From the NCBI RefSeq assembly GCF_006345805.1, contig NC_042998.1, positions 19,096,001-19,160,000 on the forward strand: a stretch of DNA of 64,000 nt, given 5' to 3'. Positions within the stretch are counted from its first letter, which is position 1. The number at the start of each line of letters is the position of its first letter. This stretch comes from Octopus sinensis (Eukaryota). Below are positions 53,039 to 64,000 of this stretch, in pieces. The position numbers were made by a program, and so were the translations under genes. The notes under the pieces were generated by a model. It worked only from the letters and a program-made list of their open reading frames with translations, searched no databases and was not told the origin of the DNA.

Positions 53039-53237
53039 GATCGTTAGCTACTACACGCATTTTTTCTCTCCTTGTTATCTCCTTGTTTTTTTTTCTGTGT
53101 ATCTTTCTGTCGAAGAGCGTAGGCTCGAAACGTAAAAGACTTGTTCTATTTATATTCTTGAGCGCCACACTAATACATTTGTTTGTTTGTACTCCATTCT
53201 GCCTTCGTCTTTTGTTTATTTTCGTGTACCTTCCCGT

Positions 53238-53238
<1 letters not shown>
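53039..53238 (+). mobile_element. ~200-bp (TA)n-embedded repeat containing an HHR-like motif
   Basis: gatcgttagctactacacgc...ttcccgttatata flanked by (TA)n on both sides. Confidence 0.65.
53102..53139 (+). ncRNA. Hammerhead-like motif with non-canonical core (CTGTCGA)
   Basis: tcttt-CTGTCGA-a-gagc-gtag-gctc-GAAAC-GTA-aaaga; all three stems intact, stem III ACGT. Confidence 0.55.
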
Positions 53239-53269
<31 letters not shown>

Positions 53270-54626
53270 ATATATATATATTCATATTTGAGAATATGTT
53301 GAGGAAAAATACTACTGCAAGAACCGAAAAGTAATACAGTTAAAGTATATTTCGTGTTAATTCATATAGAATCGGAAGCAAATGAGCGAATTCTCTAGAT
53401 AGACCAATATTTTCACACACGCACGTACACCCCCACCACCACACACACATATGCACGCACACACGCCTACACACATATGCACGCACGCAGACATACATAT
53501 GCACGCACGCCGACACACACACACTCACGCACACACACACACACAAATACACACACTCATACATGGAAGCACAAAACTCGTCGTATGGCATATTTTGATG
53601 AATATGTTTGAACGTCTGAACCTCAAGTGTTGCCTTGCCACCAGCGAGTATCAAATTCAAAGACAGTTCAGTTTTCTTTTTTCTGTTATTCTTTGAAACA
53701 TTTGAATTCCATTTCCCAACTCTTAAGGCCACAATTTACTCACAGGTAGCATCTTCAGAACCTTGTCGCTAATTTAGTTCTTAATCAAATTGAAAACTGT
53801 TAACATTTTCGAAGAGGGCTAGTCGATAGCTACATTTTGGCATAACAAATTGAGATTTGGACCTGTAGAAAAAAATTTACGTCAAAATTTGTAGCAACGT
53901 TATAGGAGAGTAAGTAACAACCACAATCGAGTTTAGATCTTAATAACATTTTTATTTTTAAAAGCAAAGTATATTTATCTTTGCTTCACTGATAGAAGAA
54001 AGCATGAAGAATTTCATAGTTTTGATTCCATGCAACAAAAATGTGTACGAAAAAAGTTGAGGTAAGATATGGAGAAAAATATAAGGCCAAAAATTGGATT
54101 TAAGTACAATTAACATTTTTTTTAAATTTTAGGAACAAATTATATTTTAATTAAGCTTAATTGATAGCGCTCATTTCGAGGAATTTCTTGGTATCAATCT
54201 CATGCATTGAAGTTTTAAGAAATAGTTATGAGTGCTTGTTTCTAAAATTTGAGAGTGACAGAAAAGTTCTATACTTTTTATGAATATACTTCTGTAAGGG
54301 AGTTTTAATATATGTCACCGGTATCATTGAGGTAAGGAAAAATGATCAACAACATCGGTAATTTGCAATTAGTTTAATTACGTCATCTGTATTAATTAAA
54401 GCAATTATATCATAAAAATGAAAAAAATTAAAATAGTATTTAGAAATTTTAGCAAAAGTCTAGCCATTTTGGCAATCTTTCATTTCAAGAGAGAAAGCGA
54501 GAGAGAAAGTCTGTGCTGTATGTGTATTTGTGTGCGCGTGTGTGAGAGAGAGAGAGGGAAAGAGTGAGAGCTTATATATTTTATTTATTTTTTTCACATC
54601 TTTTTCAGTGTGTGTGTGAGTGATTG

Positions 54627-54661
<35 letters not shown>

Positions 54662-56052
54662 AGAGGGCGTAAATTTTACTTACCTACTTCAACATACATA
54701 CAAAAAAAAAGTTTTCATGAGAACACACACCTTCACTCAGTGACTAACTTTGTATTTCCCTCACGCACAAAAGTATATAAAAAACATGCATGCATATGTA
54801 TTTATGCCTGTACATGTATACGACAGATGATATGTGCACGTATGTGTTTGTGTGCGTGTGTGACTGACCCTAGCCATTTTACGTATACATAACAACCCCA
54901 CTTTCTCTCTTTCTCTGTCTCTCTCAGTCAATCACTCATATACTCACTAAAAATATGCAATAAAGACTGAATAAATGAAATTTATGCAATCACACACTTC
55001 CTCTCTCTCTCTCTTTCACATACACACACAGAGCAAAAGACACCTCCTCTCTCTCCCTCTCTCTCTATGTCAACACCTCTCTCTGTCTGTCACTCTGAGA
55101 CAAACATAAACTGGAAAAATGTGCGATAAAAATTAAATATATAAAATTTACGCTATCACTCTCTCTCTCTCTCTTTCTCTCTCTCTCTTTCTGTCACACA
55201 CACAGCAACACACCGTTTCTCTGACCCTGTCTCACTCTCTCTCTCTCTCTCTCTCTCTCTCACTTTAAGAATACACACCTCTTTCTCTCTCTCTCTCACT
55301 CTAGCAATACACACCTCTCACACGCACGCACATACACAGATCACACACTCTAAATTTATTATTCAATTTTCAACAAGGTAAAATCTTAAATTATGTTGTG
55401 ACGCATTATTAACTAGCGTAAAAGCATAGCCTGGAAAAACATGGAGTAAATGGAAAATAGAAGCAAGAAAAAAAAAATTCTCAAGATTATAAACCTGGAA
55501 AAGTTTAGGACAAGCTGTTACCCTAAAAATGTCAAGGCATGGCAATATCTTAGGCAATAACTCAAGCAAATTTTACAGTGAATTTGTTGTTAAATGTAAA
55601 TTTTGCTGTAATATATAACTAATACTGGCATTCTTCTATTTATTGTACTAACTAATTACGTACAACTATTACTTGTTATAACTTATTTTCAAACTTCTAA
55701 TTTTTAATTAATAAGTCAAAATACAAATTATTTCAACGTTCGAAAAATATTTTGAGTTATGTTTTATTTTTAATAGAAATAACAAATAATAACAAATAGA
55801 ACAACATTTAGTAAATTTTTCAGTCTTTATAAAAGCTAATATTTTCTAAATTTAAATATTTTATTTGAAACTTATCCTTAGCTGCATTAGTTTAAGTAAG
55901 ATTTGTCTTGCTTTGTACTTTACTAGATGTAATAACCTGTCCTGAACTTTTCCAGGTTTATAATCTTAAGGATATTGTATGCCTTGCACGCATGTTTCAT
56001 ATCTATATATATATATATCTATATATATATATATATATATATATATGTAATG

Positions 56053-56194
<142 letters not shown>

Positions 56195-56395
56195 ATATGT
56201 ATATATATGTGAATATATATATATATATATGTACATATATTCATGCATATACACATATATAGATATTATATGTGTGTATATACATGCATATATATATGCA
56301 TAAACTAAAAATAACAAGAGTACAACTAACATATTTTTTCCTTCTACTACTAACACTGTTGCTACAAATATCGCTATAAATAAATAAATAAATAA

Positions 56396-56452
<57 letters not shown>

Positions 56453-56480
56453 TTAATAATGGTGATGATAATGATAATAT
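56396..56480. repeat. (AAT)n microsatellite without insertion
   Basis: Direct inspection. Confidence 0.95.
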
Positions 56481-57100
56481 TCAGTATTTTCTATAAAAAA
56501 ACATGGCCAGTTTGTATTATGCCTCCATATTGAGATTCTTCTGATCTTTCATAATTCAATAAAATTATCCATAGTTCTTTCATCTATTTGGCTTTTTAAT
56601 GGTACATTGTGCATAACTCGACTTGAATGTATTTATAACTCTTTACCAGTAATGGAGTAATATTCAATGGATCCATTCAGTCAACTCTGAAAACTATGCG
56701 ATACACATTGATGTTGTTGTTGAATAAGGTTATGTTTAATATATTTATGCATGAGAACGCAATACTATAAAACAAAACATCTTTTGTAGTGTGCAAAGCA
56801 CATATTTTGTATCTTCTTTATTTCCATATTACAGGTCTCGTATTATATACATATATAAAATGTGATGGGTGTAGCTGAGTGTTGTATTTAATGTATATCG
56901 TCAGGGTTTGATAAATATTTGCATTTGTCGATAATCATACGGATGATAAGGAAATCATGTGTGGCACAGATATGGTGTTGTTGTTGTTGTTGCTGATGGT
57001 GGTGGCCGTGGTAGTGTTAGTGGTGGATTGTAGTTACATCCGCGAATGCAGGTACCAGGCATTTGTGAATTTATTATCACTCTATGATAGCCTGTACAGA

Positions 57101-57512
57101 TACTCTCTCGCTCTTTTACTTGTTTCAGTTATTTGACTGCGGTCATGCTGGAGCACCGCCTCCAATCGAGCAACTCGACCCATGGACTTATTCTTTTGTA
57201 AGCCCTGTACTTATTCTATCGGTCTCTTTGCCTAACCGCTAAGTAACGGGGACATAAACACACCAGCATCGGTTGTCAAGCAATGCTAGGAGGACAAACA
57301 CAGACACACAAACACACACACGCATATATATATATATATATATACATATGACGGGCTTCTTTCAGTTTCCGTCTACCAAATCCACTCACAAGGCTTTGGT
57401 CGGCCCAAGGCTATAGTAGAAGACACTTGCCCAAGGAGCCACGCAGTGGGACTGAACTCGGAACCATGTGGTTGGTAAACACGCTACTTACCACACAGCC
57501 ACTCCTGCGCCT
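57101..57512 (-). mobile_element. SINE family B, full length
   Basis: Reverse complement of family B. Confidence 0.9.
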
Positions 57513-57859
57513 ATGATGATTAAATTTGAAGAATACCAGTAGCTTACTATACATATTTCCTTTTGGTGATGTCGTTACCAATGGAAATTATGAAGGAAGC
57601 GTGATATTGCTGGGCCGCTCCTTTCGTTTGCTGAACAACCGTTATGATAAATATTATTGCTTACCTCGATTTTCCTATCTGAGTCCTATTCTCGCGTCCT
57701 TAACGCTTGTATCGATCTACTTCAACAACTGCCGCTAGTTCAGTAGCTAACAAAATACAAGTTCTGTATAGTGTTAATTTCTATTAGATGCGCTGCTAAC
57801 TAAAGGACCTTATCTGCTCTGGGTACGTTAGGTGGGTGTTAGATATAATTCTATATAAC

Positions 57860-58162
57860 GTAGCTGTGTGGTAAGAAGCTTGATTCCCAGCTACATGGTT
57901 CCAGCCTGAGTCCTATTGCGTGCCACCTTGGATAATTGTCTTCAAGTATATCCTTGGCCAACCACAGCCTTATAAGTGGATTTGTTAGAGGAAACTAAAA
58001 GGAGCACATCGTATGTATCGATGTATGTATGTCTGTGTGTGTCTTAGTGTCTGTCTTCGTCCCCCATCATCGTTGATAAGCTGCGTTGATGTCTCTACGT
58101 CTCCTTAACTTAGTGGTTCGGCAAAAGGGACGAATAGAATATGTACTGGCCTTAATAAATAA
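57860..58162 (+). mobile_element. SINE family B, degenerate
   Basis: gctgtgtggtaagaagcttg...ggttcggcaaaag. Confidence 0.7.
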
Positions 58163-58645
58163 GTAAACATTTTCACACTGCATAACATAAATATTTTACA
58201 ACAGTACATATGTATACATGTGTATATGTGTATTTGTGTGTGTATTTAAGCCTTACAAATATATGTCTGTATATGTATGTAGTCTATGTGCATCTGTCTG
58301 TGTATTTTGATGTATATATGCATATTGATGTTTTAGTATGCGTATATACTGATGTAAAATATGTATGTAATGCAGCGTGAAAATTTTAATTTCAATTTAA
58401 ATGTATTAATTTAATTATATTTCGTATATAATTATTTACAATATGTATTTTGGATTTTCGATTTAAGGTTTTCCTCGATTTTTATATTAGGATTAATTTA
58501 TATTGAATTCATTTATTTTGTTTATTTTGTTCATTGCATACTTAACACCGTTAATTGGAAGGACCAATGAAACAAATCCATTTTTAAAGATGTATCCTTT
58601 AACTAGTTTTGATCATATCGTTATTTCTGTTCTATTTTAACAAAA

Positions 58646-58683
58646 CTGTCCGACGAACAGAAACGTGAAACTCTGATTAACAG
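58646..58683 (+). ncRNA. Degenerate hammerhead-like motif
   Basis: ctgt-CCGACGA-ac..gt-GAAAC-tctga-TTA-acag. Confidence 0.3.
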
Positions 58684-59562
58684 CTTCTGTTATATTTCTG
58701 CTGCTTTTAAATAAAGCATATAACTCTACCTTTTCTATTTGAGTACTCTTTTTTTCACCATGTTTCACATTAATGTGCTTACGCCGGCATATATATACAT
58801 ACATATAAATATGAATGAGTATGTGTGTACGTGTCTATTACAACCATGTCTAACTCTCTTTTCTAATATTACAGCATTTTGCCTTATTCACTCCTTTAAC
58901 TATCTACTGGATTGCTGTTCATGATCTTGAATATAAATTATAGCTTCAAGGAAATGCAAGTTTTGTGTTATTTTGAGTCTCTTTCTGAAGAATTTCTAGG
59001 AGATAACTAACAAATTCCTAGTGGGAAAGGAAACATGTGTAATAGTGTTTAAATAAGAAAACATATTTTTCCAATCTCCTTTTTTGACATTTAATCATAT
59101 AGCAAATTTTCTTCGCAATATTGCTTCAAATTCTATGCATTCCCTCACGCAAATATAACATCTACATACAACATTTGGGGTGCTGGAAAAGCAGATATTC
59201 TTCACATCTCAGCTTGGGTATACCAATCAGAAACACTTGCAAGTGCAGATTTTACATCATGGTGTTCCTCCCCTAGAATGATACTGTTACAACGGTGAGG
59301 GGTGTCTCAATCACGGTGATGATACCGCAAACTCTGACACCAATCGAGGATATTTCTGCGTCCCATCACTCAAACGGATTGTCATCACAAATGCTAGTTA
59401 ACCCAGCACTGGAGCTTGTGCTGCTATTTCGGGACAGAATACATCTGGGAACAATAGTGGTTAAGAGATGGTTCCATTCAACTCAAAACTCTGGAAGTCG
59501 CAAACCAGAACCTCCCTACTAGATACAACTTATATTCGTACCCGAAACATACATCATACGTA

Positions 59563-59750
59563 CACACATACACACACACAAACACATAAACACACACGCA
59601 CACAAACACACACACACAAACACATAAACACACACGCACACAAACACACACACACAAACACATAAACACACACGCACACAAACACACACACACAAACACA
59701 TAAACACACACGCACACAAACACACACACACAAACACACACGCACATTTA
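59563..59750. repeat. CA-rich minisatellite, 38-bp period
   Basis: cataaa recurs at 59585, 59623, 59661 and 59699. Confidence 0.9.
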
Positions 59751-59934
59751 CACACTCGAATACGAAAACGTAACCCACGTTTCGTAGTAGAGTGTAAATA
59801 CGGAAATGAATATATAAGTGCTGGAATGTTCTCACCCTGTTTTGTTACACCAAGCGTAACATAGTGACAAAAATTGTCGGCGAGACCTTGCTTGTTATTG
59901 TCGTTCAGTTGCTGTATTATAGGCATATTTCTTC

Positions 59935-60770
59935 CTACAACGTGTTCTTCATTTGTCTCCAGAGATAATAATCACACTTTGAAAATGTCAGGAAAACGTG
60001 GTAGCCAGAATTTTCTGCTAATCGTGCGTTCCTCAGAGAATATCTCATGGACTCGCTACATGGACACACGATATGTGTGGTAAGTCACCCCGTCATGTTG
60101 GAAGTAGCATATACACGTGTGATTCACCTTCAGTAAATTGGACACAAAATGGGTAAAAATGTAGACATCCATGTTGAATGTACTGTCAAAAATATCAATA
60201 TCCATTGATGGTTTTCCCTGAAACAGCACAGCAAGCACCACGGTTTTGATTGTAGAACGGCTGCTCATCTACAGGAATATACGTGGGCAGAGAGATAAAC
60301 CCAAACTTCATCACTCATTACGTACTGGAACGGGTGAAGCTCACCATTAGCAGTTCTATCCGGAAAAAGTGTGAGGTAATTTAATCGATTGTTCTTCCCA
60401 TCCACTTTAACTACTGCAATGATATGGCTTGAAATTTAAGCTTTTAAAAACCCGTTGGTAAGACCGCCTCCCTATATGAGGCTGCTGCACCAATTTACGC
60501 GTTGACTTATTTGGTCTTCGGGCAACTCCTTGACGAATGTTCTTCTAAACTTCCGACTGTTTGTTTTTGGTGCATTGTGCACTGCCCCTGTAGCACGCCA
60601 CTTATAAACTAACACTTGCACAGTTCTCTGTTCTTACAATCTTTTAACCAAAAACTTGACATAGAAAATTTCAAGCATTTGCTTATCTGAAGCTGTTCAC
60701 ACATGTGGTTACACAATCTTCGTTCTTTCTCATATTGAGAACGTCAATGCAGAAACGACTAATGATGTTC
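59935..60770 (-). mobile_element. Decayed Tc1/mariner-superfamily transposase
   Basis: KWRATGAVHN, RPNKSTRKLVQQ and YFQHDGVTYHT (FQQDGATCHT-like) on minus strand. Confidence 0.65.
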
Positions 60771-60985
60771 ACTCAATGCAAACTTACAATCAACTAATGT
60801 GATGAGCATACGGTGAGAATAACGCAGGAAACAACTGACTAGTGCGCTATTTTTGTTCAGCAGTTTCAAGCAGTCGAAATAAAATAATGGCTCTTGCAAA
60901 GGAAAGGCTAGGAGCATTTTTGTGTATGTAAAGTTACTTTTGAATTTACATGATGGTACTTTTTTGTGTGCCATCTCTCTCTCCC

Positions 60986-61016
<31 letters not shown>

Positions 61017-61021
61017 CACCA

Positions 61022-61323
61022 TGATCACCGTGACCGACCAGGCTATTAGATGTTGCTACACATCGCTGGTCACAATGCGCTTCGCATTGTTTTAGCCTTC
61101 AAAGGACGCCACCCCGCTGGCTAAGCGAGCAGGCCGACAGAAGAAAGAGTGAGAGAAAGTTGTAGGCGAAAGAGTACAGCAGGGATCGCCACCACCCCTG
61201 CCGGAGCCTTGTGGAGCTTTTAGGTGTCTTCGCTCAATAAACACACACAACGCCAATCTGGGAATCGAAACTGCGATCCTACGACAGCGAGTCCGCTGCC
61301 CTAACCACTGAGCCATTGCGCCA

Positions 61324-61326
<3 letters not shown>
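61022..61326 (-). mobile_element. SINE family C with a third tail type
   Basis: Reverse family C head ...ccctaaccactgagccattgcgccacc. Confidence 0.85.
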
Positions 61327-61357
<31 letters not shown>

Positions 61358-62853
61358 AGAGAGAGAGAGAGAGAGGGATACATAGATAGATAGGCAGATA
61401 GATATAGATATATATATATAGATTCATAGATACGTACATACATTCATACACATATGTACGAAGATGCATATAAGTATATGTGGATGTACAATATAGAAAT
61501 ATCTGTGCACATTTGGGACGCATGCGTAAAAACATCGAACACTATATCAACAACCTTTATAAATACTATAACTCGAAGCTAATCCATTCATAAATAATAA
61601 CTAGTAGCACATAGATTCCAAACCCACTTTGATGACATGTAGGTGGTAAGCGGCCTGTGCGATCCTACCCCCGCATACATAGGCACACGGGATTACTAAC
61701 ATATTTATAACACAGTTCCACGTTTATATAATTTAAATAAATTGATGTGCGTCTTGTCATTTTTGATAGAAAAGCTTTCAAAAAATCATTTTCTATTTCT
61801 CACGTTTACCGCCATTTAAACACCTTATTGTATGGTTATCACTCGTGGCTATCAATATGAAAGACACTTCTAATTAATTATTATGTTATAGATATTTGAA
61901 CATAAATATTGCAAAGCTATAATTAATCCAATCCAAAGCAGATAAGCCAAAACCATACTCGTGGTAGCTAATGTTTGTCATTTGCATTATTTAATATTCC
62001 TTAACACGATCGAGCTATTTCTGTTCAGCATGTGACAGATTTGTTAATAATGGTTCTGTTAAAGCCGACTGCTGAAGTACGATACGATCAGCATTTTAGA
62101 ATAATTAAATTGCCTTATTTTACTTGGGGGGTTCATATATTGTTGCTTTCGCCCAAGTGCTTTCAATCGTAAAATATTAATAGCTTTGTTAATGCTCCGA
62201 TAATTGTTTTCCAATTTATAGCTCGAATGTTTCGTGTGTATTGATTTTGAGTGAAATACTACTACCTGACCATGTCCTTCATAATAGGGACACTAAAAAT
62301 AAGGTGAGTGACAATGACTGCTGCTGTGTCAACGACCAGTAGGTTATTATTAAAATGTTGTGGACGTGATAAAAATGCTAATGCTTTATATACTTTTAAT
62401 AATGCAGGTGCTAGGGTGGATGATTTAAGACAACAGTGATGAAAATTGTGATGGAACAGAGCAAGAAGAGTCGGATACAGCAATGAGGAACCATGCCTAC
62501 CATATTTCGTCTATAGCTTTTGGTAAATCAAATTCTATATTACCTGTAATATTAGGAAAAACTAAACGAAAACTAGCCAAAGTACAAGTATCTATCTGAA
62601 GGTACACACGCGTATATACACTCACAGACATGCAAGCGACACTCACAGACACGCATTCACAGACATACACTCACAGACACGCATTCACTCACACACACAC
62701 CCACACACATACGCACACATAGACACACACAGATACGCAAAAGAAACAAACAGACATACACACTCATATATTCTGAAAAGGAGAGAGAGAGACAGATAGA
62801 AAGAGACAGACCTGCATAATGGTAGAATAAACAATATTTGCTTTTATAGAATG

Positions 62854-62915
<62 letters not shown>

Positions 62916-63470
62916 ATGCGTGGGTGCATGTGTGCCTCTGTGTGTGTTCGTTTGTGTGTGTATGTGAGAAAGTGGGAGACCGCGAATGAGTGAGAATGAG
63001 AGAGAAAGAGTGAATGTTGTGTGGAGACATATAGTTCCTTTCGAAAATTCATAAATTCCAATCTTTGATAGGAAAAAAAAGTACTACCACATGACAGATG
63101 TGAGCAGCAACTAACGGTCCACGAACGACAACAGAACAATAAAACAATGTTCCCCACCAAACCATGCTCTCCCACGCTAGGAACGTATGTATGCATTCTA
63201 CTTTAATTTATACGGCTAAAGGTAAAAATCAACCAAGCAGTATTCCATCCATTTATAGATGAACAATTAATGCATGCAGTATTGGTAAAAGCTACCAATT
63301 GTTTCATAGCAAGGCGACAAGATAATTCTGCAGAATTTTATATTACTTGAAATATGGCTTGGAGGCACAAGGCACGTTATATAAATAAGCCAAATCATCG
63401 GGTACCCATGGCATGAAACTGTTAGCAGTTCGTATTTAAATACTGTTATATTAAATGAATTTAGTTTACA

Positions 63471-63884
63471 TTACTCTTTACTCTTTTACTCTTTTACTTG
63501 TTTCAGTCATTTGACTGCAGCCATGCTGGAGCACCGCCTTTAGTCGAGCAAATCTACTCCGGGACTTATTCTTTGTAAGCCCAGTACTTATTCTATCGGT
63601 CTCTTTTGCCGAACCGCTAAGTGACGGGGACGTAAACACACCAGCATCGGTTGTCAAGCAATGCTAGGGGGACAAACACAGACACACAAACATACACAGA
63701 AATACATATATATATATATACGACAGGCTTCTTTCAGTTTCCCTCTAACAAATCCACTCAGAAAGCATTGGTCGGCCCGAGGCTATAGCAGAAGACACTT
63801 GCCCAAGGTGCCACGCAGTGGGACTGAACCCGGAACCATGTGGTTGGTAAGCAAGCTACTTACCACACCGCCACTCCTGCGCCT
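63471..63884 (-). mobile_element. SINE family B, full length
   Basis: Reverse complement of family B. Confidence 0.9.
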
Positions 63885-64000
63885 TTATGTAATAGATTTT
63901 GAAATAAAACATTCGAAGCGAACCTATTACAATCCCAAGCCAGCACAACTTATAGAAAAACCATAAATCTCCGGAACCAAAATGGTGAACAATGATGACG

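Noticed and set aside
53780-55990. Short inverted matches (e.g. 55483-55520 vs 55932-55968) and MITE-like text
   Set aside because: Element boundaries and family could not be defined.
59220-59520. EGF-like peptide YCYNGEGCLNHG
   Set aside because: The frame has multiple stops and the Cys spacing is incomplete.

Overview
AT-rich, microsatellite-dense eukaryotic DNA with one 100-N gap. The SINE repertoire, which I recognise from memory and have not database-checked, points to a coleoid cephalopod, probably Octopus. No host protein-coding gene could be confidently identified, and most ORFs in the track are microsatellite artefacts. The window is dominated by mobile-element relics. These include two Penelope-like elements (PLE; reverse transcriptase [RT] plus GIY-YIG endonuclease), an R4/Dong-clade RT fragment, a nest of R4/Dong 3' ends in an (AAT)n tract, three decayed Tc1/mariner elements and at least four tRNA-derived SINE families. 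The most notable hidden layer is a dozen or so minimal type-I hammerhead ribozyme (HHR) motifs from several short repeat families. The best-preserved motifs have a palindromic stem III. One family carries a compensatory U3-A8 core in three diverged copies, two HHRs sit in a ~927-bp tandem duplication, and several HHR elements have inverted terminal segments. Together these suggest non-autonomous, PLE-mobilised, retrozyme-like elements. Ribozyme activity is inferred, not shown.
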